NCBI GenBank assembly: GCA_964403505.1
Contig: CAYOFP010000001.1
Coordinates: 6,548-70,547, forward strand
Source: an uncultured Lachnospiraceae bacterium
GTDB taxonomy: Bacteria; Bacillota; Clostridia; Oscillospirales; CAG-272
Direction: 5' to 3'
DNA: 64,000 nt
Position numbers and translations under genes: made by a program. Below are positions 50,346 through 58,988 of the stretch, one piece after another. The notes under the pieces were generated by a model. The model was not told the DNA's origin. It searched no databases and was given only the letters and a program-made list of their open reading frames with translations. Position 1 is the stretch's first letter. Every line of letters begins with the position of its first letter.

Positions 50346-51767
50346 TCAGTTTGCTGCGTCGTCGACATACAGCTTTCTTACTGCGTTTGCGTCGACCTGA
50401 GGCTTTGCAGCCGCTTTCGGCTGGGGATTCTCCCTCGCCTCGAAGAATTTTTGTGCGACCTGCGGGAACAGTGCGTACGAGAGCACATCCTCCTCGCATT
50501 TCGCCCACTGCTTGCACTCTTCTCTGTACTTATCAAGCTCAGGAGAAAGAAGGTCAGCAGGACGGCATGTGATAAGCTCATCGCCTCCGATCGCTTTCTT
50601 TCTTACTTCCTCGTTTACCTCACCGGGGAGTCTGCCGTATTCGCCGCGGAGAACACCTTTCGATTCCTTGGTAAACATCTTATATCTTTCGCCTGCGAGT
50701 ACATTGAGAACTGCCTGGCTTCCGACGATCTGTGAAGTAGGCGTTACAAGCGGAGGATAACCGTAGTCTTTTCTGACTCTCGGCACTTCCTCGAGCACCT
50801 CGTAGAAACGGTCCTCTGCGTTTGCCTGCTTGAGCTGATTCAGGAGGTTCGAGAGCATTCCGCCCGGCACCTGATAAAGAAGGGTCTTTGTATCGACGCC
50901 GAGAACCTTCGGGTCGAGGATTCCCTCGTTCTTGAGACGGTCTGCAACACCTCTGAAGTGGGATGCGATATCCGCAAGAAGCTGAAGGTCAAGACCGGTA
51001 TCTCTCTCTGTTCCCTTAAGGGTTGCAACGAGCGCCTCTGTCGCAGGGTTTGCAGTACCGTTTGCGAGAGGAGAGAGCGCACAGTCGACGATGTCAACAC
51101 CTGCCTGTGCGGCGAGGAGGTTGGTCATGTCGCCCGTACCTGTCGTATTATGAGTATGAAGGTGGATCGGGACGGGAACAGACTCCTTGAGCTTCTTAAC
51201 GAGCGAAAATGCGTCGTAAGGAAGAAGGAGGTTCGCCATATCCTTGATACAAATCGTATCTGCACCCATTTCGACGAGGGTCTTTGCGAGATTTACAAAA
51301 TATTCCTCATTGTGAACGGGACTCGTCGTATAGGAAATAGCAGCTTCACATATACCGCCGTATTTCTTTGTATACTTGATCGCCGATTCGAGGTTACGGG
51401 GGTCATTGAGCGCATCGAAAATTCTGATAACGTCGATACCGTTCTCAATGGATTTTTTGCAGAATGCCTCGACAACGTCGTCGGCATAATGCTTATATCC
51501 GAGGATATTCTGTCCGCGGAAAAGCATCTGCAAGCGTGTATTGGGCATATGCTTTCTTATCGTGCGAAGTCTTTCCCACGGGTCTTCATTCAAGAAGCGC
51601 AGGCAGGAATCGAATGTCGCACCGCCCCAGCACTCGACCGACCAATAGCCGACCTTATCGAGCTTTTCAAGAGCGGGGAGCATATCCTCGATCTTCATAC
51701 GTGTTGCGGCCTGAGACTGGTGCGCATCACGAAGAATTGTATCTGTAATTTGTAATTTATTTGCCAT
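50346..51767 (-). CDS. oadA: Oxaloacetate decarboxylase alpha-type carboxyltransferase subunit (5S/PycB-like, lacking a biotinyl domain)
   Basis: ITDTILRDAHQSQAATRM and HLHTHNTTG motifs. 473 aa, ending before where a biotinyl domain would be. Confidence 0.88.
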   Translation of the reverse strand: MANKLQITDTILRDAHQSQAATRMKIEDMLPALEKLDKVGYWSVECWGGATFDSCLRFLNEDPWERLRTIRKHMPNTRLQMLFRGQNILGYKHYADDVVEAFCKKSIENGIDVIRIFDALNDPRNLESAIKYTKKYGGICEAAISYTTSPVHNEEYFVNLAKTLVEMGADTICIKDMANLLLPYDAFSLVKKLKESVPVPIHLHTHNTTGTGDMTNLLAAQAGVDIVDCALSPLANGTANPATEALVATLKGTERDTGLDLQLLADIASHFRGVADRLKNEGILDPKVLGVDTKTLLYQVPGGMLSNLLNQLKQANAEDRFYEVLEEVPRVRKDYGYPPLVTPTSQIVGSQAVLNVLAGERYKMFTKESKGVLRGEYGRLPGEVNEEVRKKAIGGDELITCRPADLLSPELDKYREECKQWAKCEEDVLSYALFPQVAQKFFEARENPQPKAAAKPQVDANAVRKLYVDDAAN

Positions 51768-51856
51768 ATTTTACCTCCATAAGCAAAGCCGACAAATCCG
51801 AACCCGATTTTAACGGACGGATTTCCGCCTCTGCTTCGTTAAAATACTCGTGAATA

Positions 51857-53047
51857 TTAACCAAACAGGGCGATAAGCACGCCTGCGGCGATCGCCGAGC
51901 CGATAACGCCTGCGACATTCGGTCCCATAGCATGCATGAGAAGGAAGTTCTTCGGGTTTTCTTTCTGTCCGACCGTCTGCGATACACGAGCCGCCATAGG
52001 AACAGCGGAAACGCCTGCAGAACCGATCAGAGGATTGATCTTGTTCTTTAAGAACAGGTTCATAAACTTAGCGAGGAGCACGCCGCCTGCCGTACCGAGA
52101 CCGAATGCGACAACGCCCATGCAGATGATTTTAAGGGTCTGAGGGGAAAGGAAGTTTGCAGCCGTCGCAGTAGAACCGACAGAAACGCCGAGGAATACCG
52201 TGACGATATTCATAAGCTCGTTCTGGACTGCCTTGGAAAGACGCTCTGTAACGCCCGAAACGTTAAAGAGGTTACCGAGCATGAGACATCCTACAAGGGG
52301 AGCGGCCGAAGGAACGAGGAGCGCAACGAAGATCGTTACGACGATCGGGAAAATGATCTTCTCTGTCTTTGAGACCTGACGGAGAGGTTTCATAATGATC
52401 TGACGCTCTTTCTTTGTCGTGAGCAATTTCATGATAGGCGGCTGTATAACGGGAACGAGCGCCATATATGAGTATGCCGCAACGGCAATAGGACCGAGCA
52501 GATGGGAAGCGAGCTTCGTCGTTACGAAAATAGCCGTAGGACCGTCCGCACCGCCGATGATACCGATGGACGCCGCCTCACTGGGTAAAAATCCGAGAGC
52601 CGATGCGCCGATGTAAGTTACGAAGATACCGAGCTGAGCTGCCGCACCTAAAAGCATACTTTTCGGGTTGGCGATCAGCGGTCCGAAGTCGGTCATTGCG
52701 CCGACGCCGAAGAAGATAAGGCAGGGATATACGCCTGCTTTAACGCCGATATAAAGGATATCGAGCAGGCCGCCGTCCTTCATTATCGCACCGAAGCTGT
52801 GATATGCAGGACTTGACGGATCAAGGAACGCATCCCAGAGCTCGGCATGATAAAGACCTGCACCGGGAAGGTTTGTGAGCAGCATACCAAATGCGATAGG
52901 AAGCAGAAGCAGCGGCTCAAACTTCTTTACAATAGCGAGGTAAAGAAGAAAGCATGAAATTGCGATCATAATGAGGCATAAGTAGTTATCGCCCTCGGCG
53001 AAACGCATAAAGCCCATCTGATCAATAAAATTCCGAAGTGCTGACAT
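51857..53047 (-). CDS. oadB: Sodium ion-translocating decarboxylase subunit beta
   Basis: 396 aa polytopic membrane protein with the OadB/GcdB/MmdB signature ([25 protein letters not shown]). Confidence 0.92.
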   Translation of the reverse strand: MSALRNFIDQMGFMRFAEGDNYLCLIMIAISCFLLYLAIVKKFEPLLLLPIAFGMLLTNLPGAGLYHAELWDAFLDPSSPAYHSFGAIMKDGGLLDILYIGVKAGVYPCLIFFGVGAMTDFGPLIANPKSMLLGAAAQLGIFVTYIGASALGFLPSEAASIGIIGGADGPTAIFVTTKLASHLLGPIAVAAYSYMALVPVIQPPIMKLLTTKKERQIIMKPLRQVSKTEKIIFPIVVTIFVALLVPSAAPLVGCLMLGNLFNVSGVTERLSKAVQNELMNIVTVFLGVSVGSTATAANFLSPQTLKIICMGVVAFGLGTAGGVLLAKFMNLFLKNKINPLIGSAGVSAVPMAARVSQTVGQKENPKNFLLMHAMGPNVAGVIGSAIAAGVLIALFG

Positions 53048-53059
53048 ATTATGTTCTCC

Positions 53060-53398
53060 TTATGCAATAGCGCAGAGAAGTGCGCCAGTCTCTACTGTTG
53101 CACCCTTTGCAACAGAAACTCCGGAAACCGTGCCGTCGCAGGGTGCGAGGATCTCGTTTTCCATCTTCATTGCCTCGAGAACCATGAGAACATCGCCCGA
53201 CTTAACTGCCTGACCGTCCTTGACATTTACAGCAAGGATCGTGCCCGGCATCGGTGCTGTTACCTTTTCGCCGTTTGCAGGAGCGGCGCTCTTGGGTGCT
53301 ACTGTCGGTGCTGCCTTGGGCATTTCTGCGCCCTCTGCCATCTCTTCAACTGTGATAGCGTATTCTGTTCCGTTTACATTTACAAGATACTTTTTCAT
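53060..53398 (-). CDS. Biotin carboxyl carrier (biotin/lipoyl attachment) subunit
   Basis: 112 aa with the EAMKMENEI biotinylation motif and an Ala/Pro linker. Confidence 0.9.
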   Translation of the reverse strand: MKKYLVNVNGTEYAITVEEMAEGAEMPKAAPTVAPKSAAPANGEKVTAPMPGTILAVNVKDGQAVKSGDVLMVLEAMKMENEILAPCDGTVSGVSVAKGATVETGALLCAIA

Positions 53399-53418
53399 TT
53401 GTGTATACCTCTCTTAGA

Positions 53419-53730
53419 TTATTTCTTTTCGATTTTTACTATACGGATACCCGATGCGTCCGTGCCCGAAGCCTCGGCAATCGCCGCCGATACTGCTGCG
53501 ATAAACTCGCCCCTGTTCGGGATATTATCCTGTGCGGGAGCTGACGCCGCAGGTGCAGCCTGTACTGCCGGTTGCTCCTTAATAAGCGCTTTACATATAG
53601 CGCCCGTGATAGAGCAAACGATGATAAGGCCGATCAGTCCGACAAACACAACTCCGAGACCCATTAAGATAACGGTCAGGTTGGTAACGCCCGGATAACC
53701 GGCAAGCTCTTTTAAGAAAAAATCAACCAT
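53419..53730 (-). CDS. oadG: OadG family (decarboxylase gamma chain) membrane protein
   Basis: 103 aa. A single N-terminal TM, an Ala/Pro-rich linker, and first position in the operon. Confidence 0.75.
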   Translation of the reverse strand: MVDFFLKELAGYPGVTNLTVILMGLGVVFVGLIGLIIVCSITGAICKALIKEQPAVQAAPAASAPAQDNIPNRGEFIAAVSAAIAEASGTDASGIRIVKIEKK

Positions 53731-53788
53731 ATTTCTTCCTCCTGTATTATATATGTGATTTCATTTATAAAAAATCCAAAATCAATTT

Positions 53789-53817
53789 ATTGTATCATTA
53801 TTTTCCTTTTTTTGCAA
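53789..53817 (-). promoter_or_regulatory. Candidate promoter of the decarboxylase operon (TTGCAA-17 nt-TACAAT)
   Basis: Minus strand reads TTGCAAaaaaaggaaaataatgaTACAAT. Confidence 0.45.
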
Positions 53818-53850
53818 TAGTTTTATTACAAATTAAACATATTAATATGT

Positions 53851-53883
53851 AAAAAAGCGCCGCCCTTTCGGGCGGTGCTTTTG
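53851..53883 (-). terminator. Rho-independent terminator after the tiny Cys-rich gene
   Basis: Minus strand reads AGCACCGCCC-gaaa-GGGCGGCGCT then TTTTT. Confidence 0.8.
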
Positions 53884-53894
53884 GTCATTTCGCC

Positions 53895-54074
53895 TTAGCC
53901 GCAGTTATCGCAGAACAGTAAAACGAAAAGGATGATGATAGCGATGATAAGAAGAGTGTCCGAACCAAAGCAATCGCATAAGCCAATGCCGCTTCGTCCG
54001 TTGCGTCCGCTGCCGCCGCAGCCACATCCGTCATCTCTTACATTACGGCAACCGTTGTTTTCATATTCACACAT
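53895..54074 (-). CDS. Tiny Cys/Gly-rich single-TM protein (59 aa; YjcZ-like tiny-TM sporulation-type peptide?)
   Basis: Manual translation gives MCEYENNGCRNVRDDGCGCGGSGRNGRSGIGLCDCFGSDTLLIIAIIILFVLLFCDNCG. AGGAGG RBS lies 8 nt upstream. It has its own TTCAAC-17-TATAAT promoter (54128-54156) and its own terminator. Confidence 0.6.
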   Translation of the reverse strand: MCEYENNGCRNVRDDGCGCGGSGRNGRSGIGLCDCFGSDTLLIIAIIILFVLLFCDNCG

Positions 54075-54162
54075 TTTATTTTCCTCCTGTAATGACTCGG
54101 GTAAGCCTTTTTGCCTACTCCTTTATCATTATATGGCGAAGATCACTTTTGTTGAATATGTG

Positions 54163-55395
54163 TTATTCTATCATGCCGTACATTTTATATAGGGTCATGC
54201 GGCGTTCGCTCGCCTGTTTTTCAGCGGCGCTTTCCGCACTCTCCGCACGGCGCTCGTCGGATGTGCGCATGAAGATGTATGAAAATATACGGCACACCCA
54301 TGCAAACGGAAGCAGGAAGGGCGCTTTTTTGAGATATCCGTATCTGCGTGACATCACATCGCACGGAGGGAAAAGCAGACCGAATTTTGAGTATGTTCCC
54401 GACAGGGTCTTTTCTCCGCCGTTTTCCTTGATATGCGCATCGGCAAGAGCCTTGATCGCACCCGTCGGCATTTCATGATGCATATGCGCCGTGCTCTCCA
54501 CATCGTCATAATATGCTTCTATCTCCGCGTCGTTATCCGAGGCAAGGCCGTGCAGCTCCTCATTTGTAAATCCGCAGTATTTTACCATACCGCCTAAAAT
54601 CGCACCGACGACCTTATCGAGTTTTTTTGCCTGAAGATCTTTTTCAAAACCCGGTATGATCTCATCGGGACAGGCACGGACCGTGAGCGCAAGGTCCATC
54701 GCACCCTTGACCGAGGGAGAACCCGTGATAAAATCCTTCACCGTATGAAATAAGATGGAATAAAGCGCCTCGCCGGGGCAAAGGCCGTAGAACCGCCCTG
54801 CCTCATTCGACATTTTTACATACGGTGCAGAAAGCCTGAATTTTTCACCGCCGCCGCACCATACATCGATCACCTCCGGCTCGGCGATATCGATATGAAG
54901 CTCGATAAGACCGTAATCTGCATGCATCAGCTCAGTGTGATGAGAGCCTGCTGTCCTGTCGTATTCGGGCACAAAGCCGTTATCCGTAAATATCTTCAGC
55001 GCCCGCTCCTCATATTCGGGAGGCACGAGCAGGTCGATATCATTTGACTGGCGGAGCAACGGATCGTCATAAAGAGTACCGACAGTGACACCCTTGATGA
55101 TCGCCCACGGGATATCTGCACCGTCAAGATGCGTGAAAAAATCCACCGCTCTTATCTGCTTTGCGGCGCTTCTTAGTCGGTGTTCTTTTGATTTTGCATC
55201 GAGCTTTGCCGACAGCGCATCAGGCAAAAGACCGGGTGCTGATATTTTTGCGCCGCGGTATGCGACATAAAGCACCTTATAGTGCTTTGCTGCTACAAGA
55301 ACTTTGGTGATATCACCCGATATTTCTTCTTTGTATGCCCTGCCCGTAGCGCCTGCACCGAAAAGCGCAAGCATCAGCCTGAAACTTTCTGTCAT
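54163..55395 (-). CDS. Uncharacterised nucleotidyltransferase family protein (NTP_transf_5-like)
   Basis: 410 aa. SNDIDLLVPPEYEERA is the typical nucleotidyltransferase D-x-D region of this family. Confidence 0.7.
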   Translation of the reverse strand: MTESFRLMLALFGAGATGRAYKEEISGDITKVLVAAKHYKVLYVAYRGAKISAPGLLPDALSAKLDAKSKEHRLRSAAKQIRAVDFFTHLDGADIPWAIIKGVTVGTLYDDPLLRQSNDIDLLVPPEYEERALKIFTDNGFVPEYDRTAGSHHTELMHADYGLIELHIDIAEPEVIDVWCGGGEKFRLSAPYVKMSNEAGRFYGLCPGEALYSILFHTVKDFITGSPSVKGAMDLALTVRACPDEIIPGFEKDLQAKKLDKVVGAILGGMVKYCGFTNEELHGLASDNDAEIEAYYDDVESTAHMHHEMPTGAIKALADAHIKENGGEKTLSGTYSKFGLLFPPCDVMSRRYGYLKKAPFLLPFAWVCRIFSYIFMRTSDERRAESAESAAEKQASERRMTLYKMYGMIE

Positions 55396-55454
55396 CAGAT
55401 AAACCTCGTCATGTTGATATGATAATTATAATATAAGCGATTGTATATGTCAAA

Positions 55455-55492
55455 CAAAAAAATCGCCACAAGTGAAAATCCACTTGTGACGA
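55455..55492 (-). terminator. Rho-independent terminator immediately 3' of the tRNA fragment
   Basis: CACAAGTG-gattttc-CACTTGTG read on the minus strand, then a T7 run. Confidence 0.7.
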
Positions 55493-55494
55493 CC

Positions 55495-55522
55495 TGGTGC
55501 TCCTGTGGAGAATCGAACTCCG
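55495..55522 (-). other. tRNA 3'-end fragment (T-arm, acceptor 3' strand and CCA): candidate att core of the integrated element
   Basis: Minus strand reads CGGAGTTCGATTCTCCACAGGAGCACCA. No matching 5' acceptor strand (GCTCCTG), D-arm or anticodon arm lies upstream. Confidence 0.7.
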
Positions 55523-55587
55523 TATAAATGCTTTAATATCAACGATTTTTGAGATGTTGACTACATTTGTACCACGCCGAAGGTAAA

Positions 55588-56610
55588 TTATAATGCGTTG
55601 TTGAGAATTTGGGCGGCGTTATCGATTGATTGAGAGCGCAGATCGGTATAAATATCCATTGTGGTAGAAAGTTGTCGGTGTCCGAGCATCTCTTGGATCG
55701 TTTTCGGCGGGACGCCACATTCAAAAGCAACAGTGGCAAATGAATGACGCAGCTGGTGCGGCGTACACTTGATGCCTGTTTTCTTCTTATAAGAGGACCA
55801 TAGTTTCATAAAATAACTATGGCTTAGGGGATTCCCTGCCGTATCGGCGATGATATACCGTTCGGGATCGTTCGGCAGAAGCGGTAACAGTTTTTCTGCG
55901 AGCGGAATCAATAGAGGGATCGTGCGAATTCCTGCCTCGGTCTTTGGCGCTTTGATCAACGGGCGGTTTCCGTCAAAGCACACAGATTTAGTGATACTAA
56001 TACGCTTTTTCTCAAAATCAATATCTTTCCACTGCAGAGCAAGTATCTCTCCTTTTCTCATCCCGGTCATGACGGCGATATACGGAAACAGCCACAGCTC
56101 AGCATTGTCTTTAATTATCTGCTCATCTGTCGATGATGCGCTGACACGTTTTGTTTTTTCTAAATTCTTCGGTATGCTGACTGATGCGCAGGGATTATAC
56201 AGAATATCGTTTTCTAACACCGCATGAGTACAGATCAGATTTAATACCATTCTGCTATTTGCAATCGTCTTACGTGCGAGCCCCTGCGATGCTAAGCGCA
56301 TCAGGTACAAATTGATATCACGCGGGATAATATCCTTGATCAGGTCAGAGCCGAAGGCTGCATCCGCACGTTGCTTTGCATTGCGGTAGGTATGCACAGA
56401 CTGTATCGCAAGTTTCGGTTCGGCGTCTTCCCACCATTCGTCGGATACCTCACGAAAGGTACGGCCGCGCTGGGCGCGACCGGAAAACTCCATGATTTTA
56501 CGGTTGATCTCGCGTTCGGTCTCGCCGTAGAAATACACACGCTTGCCGGTACGTGGATCGGTCATTGTTTTTACATATCGCCCGTCCGGGCGTTTTTTTA
56601 GTTTTGACAT
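55588..56610 (-). CDS. int: Tyrosine-type site-specific integrase
   Basis: HQLRHSFAT...LGHRQLSTTMDIYTD catalytic region and an N-terminal phage-integrase arm/SAM-like domain. The start is chosen at MSKLKKRPDG. Confidence 0.93.
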   Translation of the reverse strand: MSKLKKRPDGRYVKTMTDPRTGKRVYFYGETEREINRKIMEFSGRAQRGRTFREVSDEWWEDAEPKLAIQSVHTYRNAKQRADAAFGSDLIKDIIPRDINLYLMRLASQGLARKTIANSRMVLNLICTHAVLENDILYNPCASVSIPKNLEKTKRVSASSTDEQIIKDNAELWLFPYIAVMTGMRKGEILALQWKDIDFEKKRISITKSVCFDGNRPLIKAPKTEAGIRTIPLLIPLAEKLLPLLPNDPERYIIADTAGNPLSHSYFMKLWSSYKKKTGIKCTPHQLRHSFATVAFECGVPPKTIQEMLGHRQLSTTMDIYTDLRSQSIDNAAQILNNAL

Positions 56611-57503
56611 TGTAATATCTTGTCGTGGCTTTTCGGAGTTAGGATGGATTTCCACTCGTCTGGAAATCCCATAGTATTGATTTTGACTGCGGGATATTTT
56701 TCTATAAGCAACCCAAGCTGATCAACAAAATCATCCCAATGGATATCATGCGGGATAAGATGATAAAAACATATTAAAACTCCGAATATACGAATATTTC
56801 CTATGCCTGAAGCGGAATATTGCTTATACAATGTCGGCGTTTTTGTGAGTTTGGCATTATAGAGTCTTCCATAGTGCGCACAAAGATTACGTACATATGC
56901 TATACTTTCAATCCAACTTTCAAGATAGGTATATCCAATATCATATGTTTTCGCAACCGCCTTTTTATCCTCGTTCTTCATATTTTTGAAAAATTTAGAG
57001 AGTGTTCCAAAACTGAATAACTCCACTGCCGCATACATTGGAATTGTAGCTTCTTTGTAGTGTTCCTGAAAATTCCTCACGAATGGAGCTCTTTTGTTCC
57101 TTTCAATCTCTAATTGAAGATCTTCCATGAATTCCATATGATAATCTATATTTGCAAAGTTATCCGGATTCATATACCCGAGCACATCGTACTTATATGA
57201 AAAATAATTTGCGATACGACATCGTAAGTTTATTTCTACTCGCTCTATTATGGGTAAGAGTAACTGTCTGAAATTACAGTTGAATTTGTATAACTGCACA
57301 ATCTGGTCAAAACTGACGCCGTTATAATAGTTTCCGTTTTTAGGTTTTAGTCCTAAGCTGTATGCTTTTATCAGGCGGAAATATGAAATATCATTCAGAA
57401 TTTCTTTTGCTTGCTCATCGTCGTCGATAATTAAATCAAGCGTACGTAAATTCTCTATTTGTTGTTCCACGGTAAGCGGTGGTTGTAGTTCTTTTAACTT
57501 CAT
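56598..57503 (-). CDS. Abi_2 family (AbiD/AbiF-like) abortive-infection protein
   Basis: LTVEQQIENL...ISYFRLIKAY...LYKFNCNFRQLL...ELFSFGTLSKFF...VRNLCAHYGRLYN matches the family's hallmark pattern, including the RNxxAH motif. Confidence 0.85.
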   Translation of the reverse strand: MKLKELQPPLTVEQQIENLRTLDLIIDDDEQAKEILNDISYFRLIKAYSLGLKPKNGNYYNGVSFDQIVQLYKFNCNFRQLLLPIIERVEINLRCRIANYFSYKYDVLGYMNPDNFANIDYHMEFMEDLQLEIERNKRAPFVRNFQEHYKEATIPMYAAVELFSFGTLSKFFKNMKNEDKKAVAKTYDIGYTYLESWIESIAYVRNLCAHYGRLYNAKLTKTPTLYKQYSASGIGNIRIFGVLICFYHLIPHDIHWDDFVDQLGLLIEKYPAVKINTMGFPDEWKSILTPKSHDKILQCQN

Positions 57504-57513
57504 GGATTACTCC

Positions 57514-57565
57514 GAAAAAATTAAATGACCCGACATGGTACGCATCGTTGAGAGGCGTGTCGGGT
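57514..57565 (-). promoter_or_regulatory. Leader hairpin with a U-rich tail between the abi promoter and the abi start (attenuator-like; may also terminate the upstream gene)
   Basis: ACCCGACA (57528-35) pairs with TGTCGGGT (57558-65). The minus strand then reads CATTTAATTTTTT. It lies downstream of the promoter at 57578-57606. Confidence 0.45.
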
Positions 57566-57577
57566 TCTGTTACTATT

Positions 57578-57606
57578 ATTATATGCAAAATGAACCCGGT
57601 TGTCAA
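57578..57606 (-). promoter_or_regulatory. Consensus sigma-A promoter for the abi gene (TTGACA-17 nt-TATAAT)
   Basis: Minus strand reads TTGACAaccgggttcattttgcaTATAAT. Confidence 0.6.
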
Positions 57607-57613
57607 TCATTTT

Positions 57614-57642
57614 TGCAACTTTTTTTGCTTTTTTGTATAATT
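57614..57642 (+). promoter_or_regulatory. Back-to-back plus-strand promoter (TTGCAA-17 nt-TATAAT), antisense to the 199-aa gene
   Basis: Plus strand reads TTGCAActttttttgcttttttgTATAAT. Confidence 0.4.
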
Positions 57643-57646
57643 CACG

Positions 57647-57680
57647 GCACTCTATGGTACTTTACAGCACTCTATGGTAC
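57647..57680. repeat. Two 14-nt direct repeats GCACTCTATGGTAC with a 20-nt period
   Basis: 57647-57660 and 57667-57680 are identical. Confidence 0.8.
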
Positions 57681-57691
57681 GATATACGCCA

Positions 57692-58291
57692 TTAGTTTTG
57701 ACACTCTTCCTGATATGATAATACCATCTCTTTAAATGCATCATCTGCTAATGATTTTGTCACGAAAGGAAAAACCTTATGAAACATTTCCCCGTTGGGT
57801 GCATCGGAAAGCGTTTTACGGATCATCTTCTCAATTTTTGCCTTTTTACTGATGACAGAATCGACGCATGTATGGGCGTCAGCTCCCATTCCTCGAAAAA
57901 TTAGTGCCTCAAGTTGCATTGTAAGATTTACTAAATCACGGTTATCCGAAAAATCTGTGAAAGGACTATTCATTTGATGGTAAAGGTCTACGCATATTAT
58001 TCCTGCTTGCGAATACTGAACCGCACGCGTAAGATCATAGATGCTGAAAATACCATTCTCTAAATATCCGTAGCAGTCAATCAAAGCAGTAGCGTATAGT
58101 TTTTGTTCTTCTGTAAACAATGAGGAATTCTGCGAATGCTCTATAATGTAATAGATAGTTGCAATGTTTTTGGCGATATAGCCATAATTTCCACCGGCAG
58201 ATAGCACATCATACATTGCGCATATCTTATTTCTCATAAGCCAAAGAATAAGTGCGATAAATGATAAAATTAGTATAAACATGGAGATCAC
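57692..58291 (-). CDS. Hypothetical protein with an N-terminal TM helix (lysogeny-module cargo)
   Basis: 199 aa starting MISMFILILSFIALILWLM. No recognisable motif. It lies between the repressor and the abi gene. Confidence 0.6.
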   Translation of the reverse strand: MISMFILILSFIALILWLMRNKICAMYDVLSAGGNYGYIAKNIATIYYIIEHSQNSSLFTEEQKLYATALIDCYGYLENGIFSIYDLTRAVQYSQAGIICVDLYHQMNSPFTDFSDNRDLVNLTMQLEALIFRGMGADAHTCVDSVISKKAKIEKMIRKTLSDAPNGEMFHKVFPFVTKSLADDAFKEMVLSYQEECQN

Positions 58292-58440
58292 CTCAAAAAT
58301 GATATTTATCAGAGTTTCCGACTCAAATCAGATCACGTCGCTTTGGAATGCGATGGCTTTTTTGTTTGGGCAACTTGCCCATTATGTATAGTAAATCGTA
58401 TAAAAATAAAGATTCCCGTTCGGCGCAGGGATTACAAACT

Positions 58441-58899
58441 CTATTTTGTATCGGTATGCGCCGGATGGAAATCTTTGCTGAGTTGGAAAGCCATATCATC
58501 TGCTATGCTTACCGTGTTAGGTTGAATCCCTAAAAGCGTATCAACTGCACTTTGCATCTCTGACTTGGTGCGATATGCGAGGATAAGCTCTTGCTCGTGA
58601 TTTGTAAGAGTTATATTGAAAGGTATAACTGCTTCCGAGGATGCTTGCAACTGCTCGCCTGCCCGGTCTGATTCTTGCGGGATCATATTAGTATCATATC
58701 CCATCAACCACGCCGGATCTACATTCAGCACCTTTGAGATCTCCGAGAGCAACAGACGCTTCGGTTTTCTTTTTCCGTTAATATATGCGCTGACAGACTG
58801 CTTTGATATTTGCAATTCAGCCGCTAATGCCGTAACACCTATGTTACGGTAATCCATTGCTGTTTTTAGTCTTTCGCTGAATGATGAAATAAATTCCAT
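58441..58899 (-). CDS. XRE family (CI-like) phage repressor
   Basis: FSERLKTAMDYRNIGVTALAAELQISKQSVSAYINGKRKP is an HTH_3 sequence. AGGAGA RBS precedes the ATG at 58899. Divergent from the cro-like gene. Confidence 0.85.
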   Translation of the reverse strand: MEFISSFSERLKTAMDYRNIGVTALAAELQISKQSVSAYINGKRKPKRLLLSEISKVLNVDPAWLMGYDTNMIPQESDRAGEQLQASSEAVIPFNITLTNHEQELILAYRTKSEMQSAVDTLLGIQPNTVSIADDMAFQLSKDFHPAHTDTK

Positions 58900-58919
58900 G
58901 TCTTTTCTCCTGTGGCTCG

Positions 58920-58948
58920 ATTGTACCATATATTTGTACACTTGTCAA
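58920..58948 (-). promoter_or_regulatory. Repressor promoter (TTGACA-17 nt-TACAAT)
   Basis: Minus strand reads TTGACAagtgtacaaatatatggTACAAT. Confidence 0.6.
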
Positions 58949-58988
58949 CAAATTTTTACATTAAACGAATAAAAATTCCGAAAAGTGG

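Noticed and set aside
55495-55590. A complete tRNA gene next to the integrase
   Set aside because: Only the 3' 28 nt look like tRNA. The upstream 50 nt lack a complementary acceptor 5' strand (GCTCCTG), a D-arm and an anticodon arm. It is therefore an att-site fragment, not a gene.
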